Positions 20,336 through 29,587 of a stretch of 34,549 bases of DNA are shown here, in pieces. Numbering within the stretch: the stretch's first letter is position 1; each line of letters opens with the position of its first letter. The notes under the pieces were generated by a model. That model searched no databases, was not told where the DNA came from, and was given only the letters and a program-made list of their open reading frames with translations. Made by a program: the position numbers and the translations under genes. This stretch comes from Ferrovaceae bacterium (GTDB lineage: Bacteria; Pseudomonadota; Gammaproteobacteria; Burkholderiales; Ferrovaceae), in contig DAIDTL010000001.1 of NCBI GenBank assembly GCA_027457225.1, positions 1 through 34,549 on the forward strand, in the 5' to 3' direction.

Positions 20336-22413
20336 GAGAAACCCTGCTCATCGAACTCCTCACTGAAGAACTCCCACCCAAATTGCTGGAACGCATGGGC
20401 ACCGCGTTTCGCGCCGGCATCAGCGATGCCCTGATGGCGCAAGATTTTGCGTCGGCCGATGCCCTTGTGGAAGGTTATGCATCACCGCGCCGTCTGGCCC
20501 TTACCGTATGCGACGTCGCAACCCGCCAGCCCGATCACAACGTGGTACGCAAGGGCCCGGCATGTGCCGCGGGATTCGCTGCCAATGGTCAACCTACGCC
20601 TGCATTGGCCGGTTTTGCACGTTCCTGCGGAGTAGCCGTAGACCGGTTGCAGACCGCCAAGGACCCCAAGGGCCATGATCTCTTCGTATTCCATTCAGTG
20701 CAGCCCGGCAAGACCTTGGCAGAGACCCTGCCCGCGCTTCTCGCCGACGTCCTGGCGCGCCTGCCGGTAGCCAAGGTGATGCGTTGGGGCGCGGGGGACG
20801 CGCAGTTTGTGCGCCCGGTGCATGGCCTCGTGGTCCTGCACGGCAGCACCGTGCTTCCCGTGACGCTGATGGGGGTCAGCGCCGGCAACACCACCCTCGG
20901 CCACCGCTTTTTAAGTAGCGGCCCCATCACCCTTTCTCATGCCGATCAATACGCCGCCACCCTGGAGCACAAAGGCCGGGTGCTGGCTTCGTTCACCGTA
21001 CGCCGCAGCCGCATCGAGACGGCCCTGCGTGCTGCCGCGGGAGAAGCCCGGGTGTTGGCAGACGAAGCCCTCCTCGATGAAGTCACCGCCCTGGTGGAAT
21101 GGCCCGCAGTCTATGCCGGCACCTTCAACCCCGAGTTTCTGGCCGTGCCGCAAGAGTGCCTGATCCTCTCCATGCAGCAGCACCAGAAATATTTTCCGCT
21201 GGGAGATGCACAGGGACACCTGCTACCGCGCTTCCTGCTGGTCAGCAATATAGAGACGCCGACCCCGCAGTCCATCATTCATGGCAATGAGCGCGTGCTG
21301 CGTGCGCGCCTCGCGGATGCGCGCTTTTTCTTTGAGCAGGATCGCAAGACACCGCTCGCCGACCGTGTCCCGCGCTTGAACGACGTGGTCTATCACCATC
21401 AGCTGGGCAGCATGCTCCAAAGGGTGCAGCGCCTGCAGGCGCTGGCCGGAAATATTGCAACCCAGCTCGGGGTCGACGACGCCGCTGCGCAACGCGCGGC
21501 ATACTTGATGAAGGCCGACCTCCTCACCGACATGGTGGGCGAATTTCCCGAACTGCAGGGTCTGATGGGACGCATTTATGCCGCCCACGATGGCGAACCC
21601 GAGGCCGTGACGGAGGCCATCGCCGCCCATTACCATCCGCGCTTTGCCCAGGACACCCTGCCCCAAAGCCTACTGGGTGCCTCTGTGGCACTCGCCGACA
21701 AGCTCGACACCCTCGCCGGCATCTACGGCATCGGGCTGGTTCCCACCGGCGACCGCGACCCCTTTGGTTTGCGTCGCGCCGCCCTGGGTGTCATCCGGAT
21801 TTTGATTGAAGCAGCACTGCCGCTGGAACTGCCACAATTGCTCCAGCACGCTGTGGATGGGTTTGCTCCAGACACCCTGGCGGCCACCACCGTGGCGGAC
21901 CTCAATGGCTTCATCCTGGAGCGCCTGCGCGGGACGCTGCGCGAGCGCGAGTTCAGTGCGGAGGAAATCGAATCGGTGGTGAGCCAAAACCCGGCGCGCC
22001 TTGATCGTGTGCTGTTGCGTCTGGAGGCCGTGCGCGCGTTTCGTGCGCTGCCCGAAGCGGAAAGCCTCGCCGCCGCCGACAAGCGCATCCGCAACATCCT
22101 TAAAAAATCCGGCCCCGCAGCAGATGCCGCCGTGCCGACGCTCCAGCACGAGCGCCTGGTGGATCCAGGCGAGCAGGCGCTGTATGCCGCACTGATTGCC
22201 TGTGAGCCCGTGGTGGACGACCATCTGGTGCACCTGGACTACACTGCTGCCCTGCGCCACCTGGCCCGGTTGCGCGCGCCCGTGGATACCTTCTTCACTG
22301 AGGTGATGGTGATGGCCGAGGACCCGGTCCTGCGCGCCAATCGTCTGGCCCTCCTGATGCGCCTGGAACGCCTGATGAACCAGGTTGCCGACATTTCCAG
22401 ATTGGGAGGCTAG
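20332..22413 (+). CDS. glyS: Glycine--tRNA ligase beta subunit
   Basis: Start at ATG 20332 ([17 protein letters not shown]), overlapping the glyQ stop as ATGA. About 693 aa with a typical GlyS N-terminus and a C-terminal anticodon-binding region. Confidence 0.97.
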   Translation: MRETLLIELLTEELPPKLLERMGTAFRAGISDALMAQDFASADALVEGYASPRRLALTVCDVATRQPDHNVVRKGPACAAGFAANGQPTPALAGFARSCGVAVDRLQTAKDPKGHDLFVFHSVQPGKTLAETLPALLADVLARLPVAKVMRWGAGDAQFVRPVHGLVVLHGSTVLPVTLMGVSAGNTTLGHRFLSSGPITLSHADQYAATLEHKGRVLASFTVRRSRIETALRAAAGEARVLADEALLDEVTALVEWPAVYAGTFNPEFLAVPQECLILSMQQHQKYFPLGDAQGHLLPRFLLVSNIETPTPQSIIHGNERVLRARLADARFFFEQDRKTPLADRVPRLNDVVYHHQLGSMLQRVQRLQALAGNIATQLGVDDAAAQRAAYLMKADLLTDMVGEFPELQGLMGRIYAAHDGEPEAVTEAIAAHYHPRFAQDTLPQSLLGASVALADKLDTLAGIYGIGLVPTGDRDPFGLRRAALGVIRILIEAALPLELPQLLQHAVDGFAPDTLAATTVADLNGFILERLRGTLREREFSAEEIESVVSQNPARLDRVLLRLEAVRAFRALPEAESLAAADKRIRNILKKSGPAADAAVPTLQHERLVDPGEQALYAALIACEPVVDDHLVHLDYTAALRHLARLRAPVDTFFTEVMVMAEDPVLRANRLALLMRLERLMNQVADISRLGG

Positions 22414-22417
22414 GCCG

Positions 22418-22960
22418 ATGAAACTGGTGATCCTGGATCGGGATGGCGTCATCAACTTCGACAGCACACGCTACATCAAAAGCCCGGAGGAATGGAAACC
22501 CCTTCCAGGCAGCCTGGAAGCGATTTCACAACTTAATCAGAGCGGCTATCGGGTGGTGGTGGCCACCAATCAGTCGGGAGTGGCGCGCGGCCTGCTTGAC
22601 ATGGCTGCCCTCAACGCCATTCATCAAAAGATGATCGACACCCTGGCTCAACAATGAGCGGCGCTCGATGCCATTTTTTTCTGCCCCCATGCCAACGAAG
22701 CCCGCTGCCATTGCAGCAAACCGAACACCGGCATGTTTGAAGAAATCCAGCAGCGCTACAACATTCCATTGCGTGATGTCCCGGCCATTGGCGACTCCTT
22801 GCGCGATCTCACCGCTGCCGCCCGGGTGGGGGCGCAGCCCATGCTGGTCCTGACCGGCAAGGGACAAAAAACCCGTGATGCCGGCGGCTTGCCGGCGGGC
22901 ACCCAGGTGTTTTCCGATCTCTCGGAAGCCGTACGCGCCATTATCGGAGGCACCGCATGA
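22418..22960 (+). pseudogene. gmhB: D-glycero-beta-D-manno-heptose-1,7-bisphosphate 7-phosphatase interrupted by an in-frame TGA at 22655-22657
   Basis: GGGAGG Shine-Dalgarno, then MKLVILDRDGVIN (HAD motif I) and VVATNQSG. Codon 80 is TGA. The same frame continues AALDAIFFCPHANEARCHCSKPNTGM...GDSLRDL...LTGKG, i.e. every downstream GmhB motif is intact. ORF-track pieces 22385..22657 and 22733..22960 are in the same frame. Confidence 0.85.
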
Positions 22961-24417
22961 CGGCGCTCCGAGCACTCGCCTTTCTGCTCTGTCAGCTCGT
23001 TGCCACGCCGGTGTATGTCCTTTTGATGGCGCTCTCTGCGCCTTTTTCTCATCGCGGACCACGCTATTTTTCGGGTGCATGGTGCCGACTCATGATCCGT
23101 CTGGGCACCCTGTTGCTGGGGGTGCGCTACACCGTCAGCGGCTGGGAAAACGTCCCCGAGGGCCCTTGCGTGATGCTGGTCAAACATCAATCGCAGTGGG
23201 AGACCATGTTTTTTCCTGCCTTCTTTTCGCCCCACAGCTTTGTGCTAAAACAGGAATTGCTGTCCATGCCCGTTTTCGGCTGGGGCATGCGTTTGCTCGA
23301 CCCCATCGCCATCGATCGCGACGCCCGTCGCGAAGCCTTTCAACAAGTGCAAACCCAGGGGCTTGAGCGCCTCAAGGCAGGCCTCAAGGTCATTATCTTT
23401 CCTGAAGGCACCCGCGTCCCTTCGGGCTATCGCGCCCGCTATGCCCCGAGCGGTGGCCTATTGGCCGCCGCGGCCGGGGTGCCGGTGGTGCCCATGGCCC
23501 ATAATGCCGGCGAGTTCTGGAAAAAAGGATTGCTGGCCAAACACCCAGGAACCCTTTCGGTGCGCATCGGCCCTCCCATACCCACCGTGGGTCGCGATGG
23601 CGCGGAGGTCACGCGCGAAGCGGAAATCTGGATCGAGCAACAGATGGAAGAGCTCACCGGACGGGTGGCCCAACCCTACAGTCGCAAGGGGGCCGTCGCA
23701 GCGCTAAACACCCGTCCACCGCGCCGCCATCGCCTGCGCATCGGTGACCATGAGGTGCAGTATAGTGTGGCGCGACGACGCCGTCGGCGCAGTATCGGCC
23801 TCCTGGTGGATCACACCGGATTAACCGTGGCCATCCCGCCCTGGGTGACCCTCGGCTCGGTGGAGCAGGCCATTCGGGACCAGTGGCCCTGGGTTCAGAA
23901 AAAACTCCAGCACTGGCGCGAGCGCGCCATTCCCGAAGCTCCGCAATTTTGTGAGGGGGAGTCATTACCATGGCTGGGAGGCACGCGCACCCTGCGTTTT
24001 GTTTCCGCCCAATTGTCCCTGCTACCGCAGGAGGGTGAAGTCATCGAAGTGGATCCCAACGAGGGTCCCGTCCAGTTTTTGGTGCAACAGTGGTATCGCG
24101 CCCAGGCCCTGCCCCTGTTTCAAACGCGAGTGCAGTTCTTTGCGGAAAAATTGGGTGTGCCGGTACCGCGCGTGCGCCTGTCCAACGCACTGGGACGCTG
24201 GGGCAGCTGCAACGATTGTGGGGAGCTCCGTTTGAGTTGGCGCCTCATCAAGGCTTCCCTGGCGGAGATCGACTACGTGGTGGCCCACGAAGTGGCGCAC
24301 CTTCGGCATCTGAACCACGGTCAGGATTTCTGGCAACTGGTGGCCCAGCTTTATCCCGACTTCAGAGCCGCGAACCAGCAGCTCGATCGCAACGATCCGC
24401 TGTATCGGCGGTTTTAA
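22957..24417 (+). CDS. Single ORF fusing a PlsC-like lysophospholipid acyltransferase (N-terminal part, ending around aa 230-245) to a DUF45/YgjP-like zinc metallohydrolase (C-terminal part, from about aa 260)
   Basis: 486 aa. Acyltransferase motifs KHQSQWET and FPEGTR. The C-terminal half has QYSVARRRRRRSIGLLVD...WVQKKL...RWGSC...HEVAHLRHLNHGQDFW. ATGA overlap with gmhB. Confidence 0.85.
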   Translation: MTALRALAFLLCQLVATPVYVLLMALSAPFSHRGPRYFSGAWCRLMIRLGTLLLGVRYTVSGWENVPEGPCVMLVKHQSQWETMFFPAFFSPHSFVLKQELLSMPVFGWGMRLLDPIAIDRDARREAFQQVQTQGLERLKAGLKVIIFPEGTRVPSGYRARYAPSGGLLAAAAGVPVVPMAHNAGEFWKKGLLAKHPGTLSVRIGPPIPTVGRDGAEVTREAEIWIEQQMEELTGRVAQPYSRKGAVAALNTRPPRRHRLRIGDHEVQYSVARRRRRRSIGLLVDHTGLTVAIPPWVTLGSVEQAIRDQWPWVQKKLQHWRERAIPEAPQFCEGESLPWLGGTRTLRFVSAQLSLLPQEGEVIEVDPNEGPVQFLVQQWYRAQALPLFQTRVQFFAEKLGVPVPRVRLSNALGRWGSCNDCGELRLSWRLIKASLAEIDYVVAHEVAHLRHLNHGQDFWQLVAQLYPDFRAANQQLDRNDPLYRRF

Positions 24418-24423
24418 TGGAAA

Positions 24424-24461
24424 GGGGTCAAAATGTATTTTGACCCCTATTCTTTTTTTCT
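24424..24461. terminator. Bidirectional rho-independent terminator between convergent genes
   Basis: Perfect 10-bp stem GGGGTCAAAA-TGTA-TTTTGACCCC (24424-24447) followed by TATTCTTTTTTTCTT. A short A run (AAA) precedes the stem for the opposite strand. Confidence 0.75.
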
Positions 24462-25175
24462 TCAGTGCGAACCGAGCGCCCGCTCCAGATCATCCTGCGG
24501 CATCACCCCCGGGACCACCTGTCCATCCGCAAAAATCAGCGTGGGGGTGCCGTTGATACGGTACTTGGCTCCCAGCGCCTGAATGGTGTCGAGGGGGTTG
24601 GCGCAATCCTTTTTAGCCGGCATCACGTTACGTAGCAGATAGTCATCCCAGGTTTTCTGGCGATCTGCAGAACACCAGATCCAGCGCGCCCGATCAGGCG
24701 CCTGCGGATGCAACGCCCCGATGGGAAAGATAAAGGTGTAAATGGTGACGTCGGTGATGTTGCTGAGTTCTTTTTCCAGCTTGCGGCAAAATGGACAATC
24801 GGGATCGGAAAACACCACCAGCTTGCGCTTGCCATTGCCTTTGACTTTTTTCATTGCAAGTTCCAGCGGCAAGGTCTCCGGTTTGATGGCCCCCAGCACT
24901 CTCATGCGTGCCTCAGTAAGATTTTTGAGGGTCTTGGCATCCAGAATATCCCCCGCAATCAGCACGGTGACCTCTTCGTCGGTGTAGATAATCTGCCGGT
25001 CTTCGGTGTAGATTTCGTACAGGCCCAGCACATGGGCCGGTGTAACGCTTTGCACCTGGTTGGCCAAACGCGGCACCCGGGTTTCCAGCAGTTTACGCAC
25101 GTCATTGGCATCCGCCAGCGCCAGTTGCGATCCCAGCGCGCAAGCACCCCATAATAACCACCGAAAAGTCTTCAT
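24462..25175 (-). CDS. dsbC: Periplasmic thiol:disulfide interchange protein (DsbC/DsbG family)
   Basis: 237 aa. Signal peptide MKTFRWLLWGACALGSQLALA, an N-terminal dimerisation region and a thioredoxin fold with DPDCPFC. Confidence 0.85.
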   Translation of the reverse strand: MKTFRWLLWGACALGSQLALADANDVRKLLETRVPRLANQVQSVTPAHVLGLYEIYTEDRQIIYTDEEVTVLIAGDILDAKTLKNLTEARMRVLGAIKPETLPLELAMKKVKGNGKRKLVVFSDPDCPFCRKLEKELSNITDVTIYTFIFPIGALHPQAPDRARWIWCSADRQKTWDDYLLRNVMPAKKDCANPLDTIQALGAKYRINGTPTLIFADGQVVPGVMPQDDLERALGSH

Positions 25176-26350
25176 TTATTTGCGTGTTCCATTAAACGTT
25201 GTTTAAGCCAGCCTTGCTGGTTGACAATATTCATACCCCAATTGCGCAATCCGGGCAGGCCCCAGCGATCGGACCCGAACAAACGAAACAGCCCATCGGT
25301 CAGTCCCTGCATGGCCAGCACCGGCTCACGCCGGGCCCGCGCGTAGCGCCGCAAGACCGAGGCATCGCCGCAATCCGGACCAGGGCCCCGGCTGACAAGA
25401 ATCGCTGCAAGCTGCGCCGCATCCTGCAAGCCGAGGTTAAGGCCTTGCCCTGCCATGGGATGTACGCCGTGGGCCGCATCACCTACCAGCACAAAGCGCG
25501 GCGCTGTAAGGCGCTCCACCCGCATCAGGCGCAGATCGAATCCTGCTGGCGTTGAACGCTCCTCCAGATGGCCTACGCCATAGCCCACCACCGCCTGGAG
25601 TGCCGCCGTTCGCTCTAAGGGAGAAAGCGTAAGCAGATGTTCTGCATGTTCTGTCTGAGCAGACCAGACCAGCGACACATGGTTCCCCGTCAGTGGCAAC
25701 AATGCAACCACCTCGCCGGGCAGAAACCATTGGCGGGCCACCCCGTCGTGCGGGCGATCCGTGGCGTAATTGGCCACCACCGCCGTCTGACCATAGCTCT
25801 TGAAATGAGCCGCGATGCCCATCCGTTCGCGCAGAGGGGAGTGAAGCCCATCGGCAGCCACCAGAAGCCGCGTACGCAGCGCCTGCCCCTGTTTCAGCGT
25901 GACCCGCACGTGATCCTCGAGCACCGTCACGTCCTGTAGCGTGACCGGTGCATCAACGAGATCTGACCCCGTTTCTCGCACCGCGCCAAGCAATCCCTCC
26001 AACATGGCGCCAGACTCGGCGATAAACCCCAGTGGCGCGCCACTCCCCGGGGCCGGGGCAAATTGCAGCTGCCCCTGGGCGTCTCCCTGCAGCGCCATTT
26101 TGTGGATGCGCTGAATGCGTTCGGAGTCCATGCGCCCCCAGGCACCCACCGCCTCCAGCAGGGACTGACTGGCGAGGCTCATGGCATAGATGCGTTGATC
26201 GAAACCGGAGACTGGTTGAAAGCGCGTCAACGGGGCGTGATCCAGCACCCGGACGCGCTGTCCCGACTGGCGCAGCGCCAACCCCAGGGCAATACCGGTA
26301 ATGCCGGCACCGACGATGAGCACATCCAACGGGGACCCTGCTCGCACCAT
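25172..26350 (-). CDS. UbiH/UbiF/VisC/COQ6-family FAD-dependent ubiquinone-biosynthesis hydroxylase (UbiI/UbiF-like)
   Basis: Start taken at ATG 26350 (MVRAGSPLDVLIVGAGITG), 2 nt after the upstream stop. Motifs DGLHSPLR and GDAAHGVHPMAGQGLNLG. The 477-aa track ORF extends spuriously into the upstream gene. Confidence 0.85.
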   Translation of the reverse strand: MVRAGSPLDVLIVGAGITGIALGLALRQSGQRVRVLDHAPLTRFQPVSGFDQRIYAMSLASQSLLEAVGAWGRMDSERIQRIHKMALQGDAQGQLQFAPAPGSGAPLGFIAESGAMLEGLLGAVRETGSDLVDAPVTLQDVTVLEDHVRVTLKQGQALRTRLLVAADGLHSPLRERMGIAAHFKSYGQTAVVANYATDRPHDGVARQWFLPGEVVALLPLTGNHVSLVWSAQTEHAEHLLTLSPLERTAALQAVVGYGVGHLEERSTPAGFDLRLMRVERLTAPRFVLVGDAAHGVHPMAGQGLNLGLQDAAQLAAILVSRGPGPDCGDASVLRRYARARREPVLAMQGLTDGLFRLFGSDRWGLPGLRNWGMNIVNQQGWLKQRLMEHANK

Positions 26351-26352
26351 GC

Positions 26353-27534
26353 TCAGCCTCTCGAAGACACGCCAAACATCATGACCCGGGCCAAGGCGCG
26401 GCGCGTGATGGGCAACAGGTTCATGGCCGTCAACGCGTTGCCACGCAGCAGGGGCAAGAGCGGCAATCGATTGGAGAACCCGGTCACCAGCGCATGGGTC
26501 AGGCCGATCCCGGCGCGCCGATCGCGTGCACGCAACCGCACGTACCGCGCCAGCATGTCGGCATCTCCCAAGGATTCGCGGGACACGCCCTGCGCCACCC
26601 GGCACAGTCCTGCGGCATCGCGCAGCCCCAGATTAAATCCCTGCCCGGCTACTGGATGCATGGTCTTGGCCGCATTGCCGATACACACGGCGTGGGGGCG
26701 CGTGACCTGCTTCACCACTTTCAGCGTGAGTGGAAACCAGCTGCGCGCGTTCACCCGTAAAAACTGTCCGGCACGATCGCCAAAATAGCGTTGCAGGCGT
26801 GTCAAAAAAATCTCATCGGGTAATGCCACCAGCGCTTCCACTTCGGCCTGGGTGCCGGTCCACACCAGCGCATAGTGGCGCTCAAAAGGAAGCAAGGCCA
26901 CCGGCCCGGAAGGTGTAAAGCGCTCATAGGCACGCCCATGGGGCATTTCATCGGTATGCACTTGTGCCACCAACGCCACCTGGGTATAGGGGGATTCTTT
27001 CGGCGTGCCAAAGGTCGCTGCAGTGAGTGCACGCCCGCCATCGGCCAAGACCGCGAGGCGCGCCGCACAGAACTGCGCTGTCGCCCCCTCTCCCCAATGG
27101 ATTTCAGTCTTGTCCTCGTGAGGGGTAACGCGCGTGACTGCGGCGCCGGTAATCACCTCGATGGAAGTCGCTGTCAGGGCGCGCACCAACGCTTCCACCA
27201 GCGCGTTGTAGCGCATCACATAACCCAGCGCCGGCACTCCGGCATCTTCTGCCGTAATCACGGTCTGGCCAAAATGGCCTTTCTGGGTAACATGGATGTT
27301 GGTGATCGGCGTGACCTCTGATACTGCAGGCCAGGCCCCGAGATCCTCCAGAATCAATTTGCTGCCGTAGGCAATGGCGAGTGTGCGCCGATCATCGGCC
27401 AGCATCGAAGCGCGCGCTTCCAGCAAGGTCACCCCATGTCCGGCGCGAGCAAGCCCCAAGGCCGCAGCAGCTCCCACGGGACCTCCACCGACGATGGCAA
27501 TGTCTTTGCAAACCGTACCCTTCGCGGCCTTCAT
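26353..27534 (-). CDS. ubiH: 2-octaprenyl-6-methoxyphenol hydroxylase
   Basis: Start taken at ATG 27534 (MKAAKGTVCKDIAIVGGGPVG), overlapping the pepP stop as ATGA. GNAAKTMHPVAGQGFNLG matches the GNAAQTLHP variant I recall for E. coli UbiH. Order is pepP-ubiH-visC, as in E. coli. Confidence 0.85.
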   Translation of the reverse strand: MKAAKGTVCKDIAIVGGGPVGAAAALGLARAGHGVTLLEARASMLADDRRTLAIAYGSKLILEDLGAWPAVSEVTPITNIHVTQKGHFGQTVITAEDAGVPALGYVMRYNALVEALVRALTATSIEVITGAAVTRVTPHEDKTEIHWGEGATAQFCAARLAVLADGGRALTAATFGTPKESPYTQVALVAQVHTDEMPHGRAYERFTPSGPVALLPFERHYALVWTGTQAEVEALVALPDEIFLTRLQRYFGDRAGQFLRVNARSWFPLTLKVVKQVTRPHAVCIGNAAKTMHPVAGQGFNLGLRDAAGLCRVAQGVSRESLGDADMLARYVRLRARDRRAGIGLTHALVTGFSNRLPLLPLLRGNALTAMNLLPITRRALARVMMFGVSSRG

Positions 27535-28889
27535 GCTTTGTCCATCCACGCTTCAATCGCTTCGATGGTCTTCGGTGCCTCTGCGGTCAACACCGTGTGC
27601 CCTGATGCCGTCACCACCACATCGTCCTCAATGCGAATGCCCATGTGATGAAAGGCTTTGGGCACCCTCGTCCCGGGCCGTACATACAGACCCGGCTCCA
27701 CGGTCAGCACCATGCCTGCCTGCAGGCGACGCGAGCGGCCGTCGCGGGTGTACTCGCCCACATCATGCACATCGCGGCCCAGCCAATGTCCGGTGCGATG
27801 CATGTAAAAGCGGCGATAGTCGCCGGACTCGATGACCCCTGCGACGGTACCACGACAAATTTTGAGATCAATCAGCCCACGCACCAGTACTTCAAGTGCC
27901 GCCTGGTGATATGCGGCAAAAGGAGCGCCGGGTTTGATGGTCCGAAGTGCAGCCATCTGCGCGGCCAGCACAATCTCATAGAGGGCGCGCTGCGCCCCGG
28001 AAAAGGTGCCATTAACCGGAAAGGTGCGACTGATGTCTGAGGCGTAGCCCTGCCATTCACAACCCGCGTCAATCAACAACAGATCGCCAGCCTTGAGCAA
28101 CGCGCCATTCTTAACATAGTGCAACACGCAGGCGTTGGGGCCTCCCGCCACAATGGAAGGGTACGCCGGGGCCTCCGAACCGTGACGACGAAATTCGTGC
28201 AGCAGCTCGGCTTCCACTTCAAATTCGTAGCGTCCAGGTTGCGTAAACTGCATGGCGCGCCGATGGGCCAACACCGAAATGGCCGCCGCCTGTTTCATCA
28301 GTTTCAGTTCGCCCGCATCCTTGATCAGACGCATTTCATCCAGCGCATGGCGCACTTCGCACAACGCCGCCGGGGCCGTTACGCCGCTGCGGACCTGCTT
28401 GCGCACGGTATTCAACCATCCGGTCACACGCTTGTCCCAGGCTTCATCCAGCCCGATGGGAGTATGTAGGGCAGGGCAATTGGCCAGCAGCCCGGGCATG
28501 CGCGCTTCCAGTTGCGCAATGGGATGAGCTTCGTCCACGCCGTAACGGGTCCGGGCCGCCCGAGGGCCGACACGATGGCCATCCCAGATTTCGCTTTGGG
28601 CGTCGCGCGGCCGGCAAAACAGCACCGAACGAGGTGTACGCCCCCCCACCAATACCAGCACCGCTTCGGGTTCGTGAAAGCCGGTGAGGTAATGGAAATG
28701 GCTGTCCCAGCGATAGAGGTAATGGGTATCCGCATTGCGCAGGCGCTCGGGTGCCGTGGGAATAACGGCGACACCGCCCTGCAGGGCGCGCGCCAGACGG
28801 CGGCGCCGGGCCTGATACGTGGCGCAACTGGGGTCAGGCCTTAATTTTTTTTCAGTGACGGCGCGATTCAAATCCTGTCTCCAGTTCAA
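27531..28889 (-). CDS. pepP: Xaa-Pro aminopeptidase
   Basis: 452 aa. YRWDSHFHYLTGFHEPEAVLVL N-domain, and an M24 catalytic domain with DAGCEW, HRTGHWLGRDVHD, EPG and IRIEDD. TTG start overlaps the murU stop (TTGA). Confidence 0.9.
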   Translation of the reverse strand: MNWRQDLNRAVTEKKLRPDPSCATYQARRRRLARALQGGVAVIPTAPERLRNADTHYLYRWDSHFHYLTGFHEPEAVLVLVGGRTPRSVLFCRPRDAQSEIWDGHRVGPRAARTRYGVDEAHPIAQLEARMPGLLANCPALHTPIGLDEAWDKRVTGWLNTVRKQVRSGVTAPAALCEVRHALDEMRLIKDAGELKLMKQAAAISVLAHRRAMQFTQPGRYEFEVEAELLHEFRRHGSEAPAYPSIVAGGPNACVLHYVKNGALLKAGDLLLIDAGCEWQGYASDISRTFPVNGTFSGAQRALYEIVLAAQMAALRTIKPGAPFAAYHQAALEVLVRGLIDLKICRGTVAGVIESGDYRRFYMHRTGHWLGRDVHDVGEYTRDGRSRRLQAGMVLTVEPGLYVRPGTRVPKAFHHMGIRIEDDVVVTASGHTVLTAEAPKTIEAIEAWMDKA

Positions 28890-29587
28890 GGGCCAGCATT
28901 AAGATCTGTCCCCAATTCCAATTGTTCCAGATCGGCTGCGGTGCCCACATTGACCCAGCGACCGCGGTAGTATTCGCCACTCACTACATTGCGTGCCACA
29001 GCAGCGTGCAGCAGGGGGCCCAATTCGGCAGGTTGTCCTGGGGGCAATGCCTCGAAAAAGCGGCGGCGAAAAACACCCATGTTGCCATAGGTACCGGCGT
29101 TTTGCCCCACTGCCGTCACGCGGTTATCCAGTAACGAAAAATCCTGCGGATAACGCGGGTCATCCACCAGCACCAGATGCGCCTCGGTAATCCCTGCGGG
29201 ATCGGCGATAAAGTCTTCCAGCGGTGCGCGCAGGCGCGCGTAACGATAGGTGGTGTAAAGATCGGCGCTGACCAGCAGGAAAGCCTGCGCCGTCAATAGC
29301 GGCAAGGCCGTGGCCACGCCCCCCGCAGTGCCCAGCGCCGTGCCTTCGCGCGACCAGCGCACGGTCACGCCCCAGCGTGCGCCATCACCGATGGCGTCTT
29401 CGATCTGCTCCCCCAGCCAGGCATGATTGATGACAAGATCAGTGAATCCGGCTGCCGCGAGGCGCTCCACTTGCCACACGATCAGGGGCTTGCCGTGTAC
29501 CACCTGGAGCGGTTTGGGCACCAGATCCGTGAGCGGGCGCATACGCTCGCCGCGTCCGGCCGCAAGGATCATGGCCTGAAGGCTCAA
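28886..29587 (-). CDS. murU: N-acetylmuramate alpha-1-phosphate uridylyltransferase
   Basis: 233 aa. AMILAAGRGERMRPLTDLVPKPL nucleotidyltransferase motif, located directly after amgK. Start is TTG 29587 (TTGA overlap) or ATG 29572. Confidence 0.85.
   Translation of the reverse strand: MSLQAMILAAGRGERMRPLTDLVPKPLQVVHGKPLIVWQVERLAAAGFTDLVINHAWLGEQIEDAIGDGARWGVTVRWSREGTALGTAGGVATALPLLTAQAFLLVSADLYTTYRYARLRAPLEDFIADPAGITEAHLVLVDDPRYPQDFSLLDNRVTAVGQNAGTYGNMGVFRRRFFEALPPGQPAELGPLLHAAVARNVVSGEYYRGRWVNVGTAADLEQLELGTDLNAGP

Noticed and set aside
22655-22657. The TGA in gmhB read as selenocysteine or as a genetic-code-4 tryptophan codon.
   Set aside because: No convincing SECIS-type hairpin follows; only a 3-bp GGC/GCC stem is present. 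TGA clearly functions as a stop in many genes here (the ATGA/TTGA overlaps), and GmhB has no known Sec form.
25172-26605. N-terminally extended versions of several ORFs in the track: 25172..26605, 20305..22413, 18197..18811, 22385..22657 and 26353..27549.
   Set aside because: The extensions overlap the 3' ends of upstream genes and lack homology-like sequence. Internal ATGs that form ATGA overlaps or follow good Shine-Dalgarno sites give canonical N-termini.
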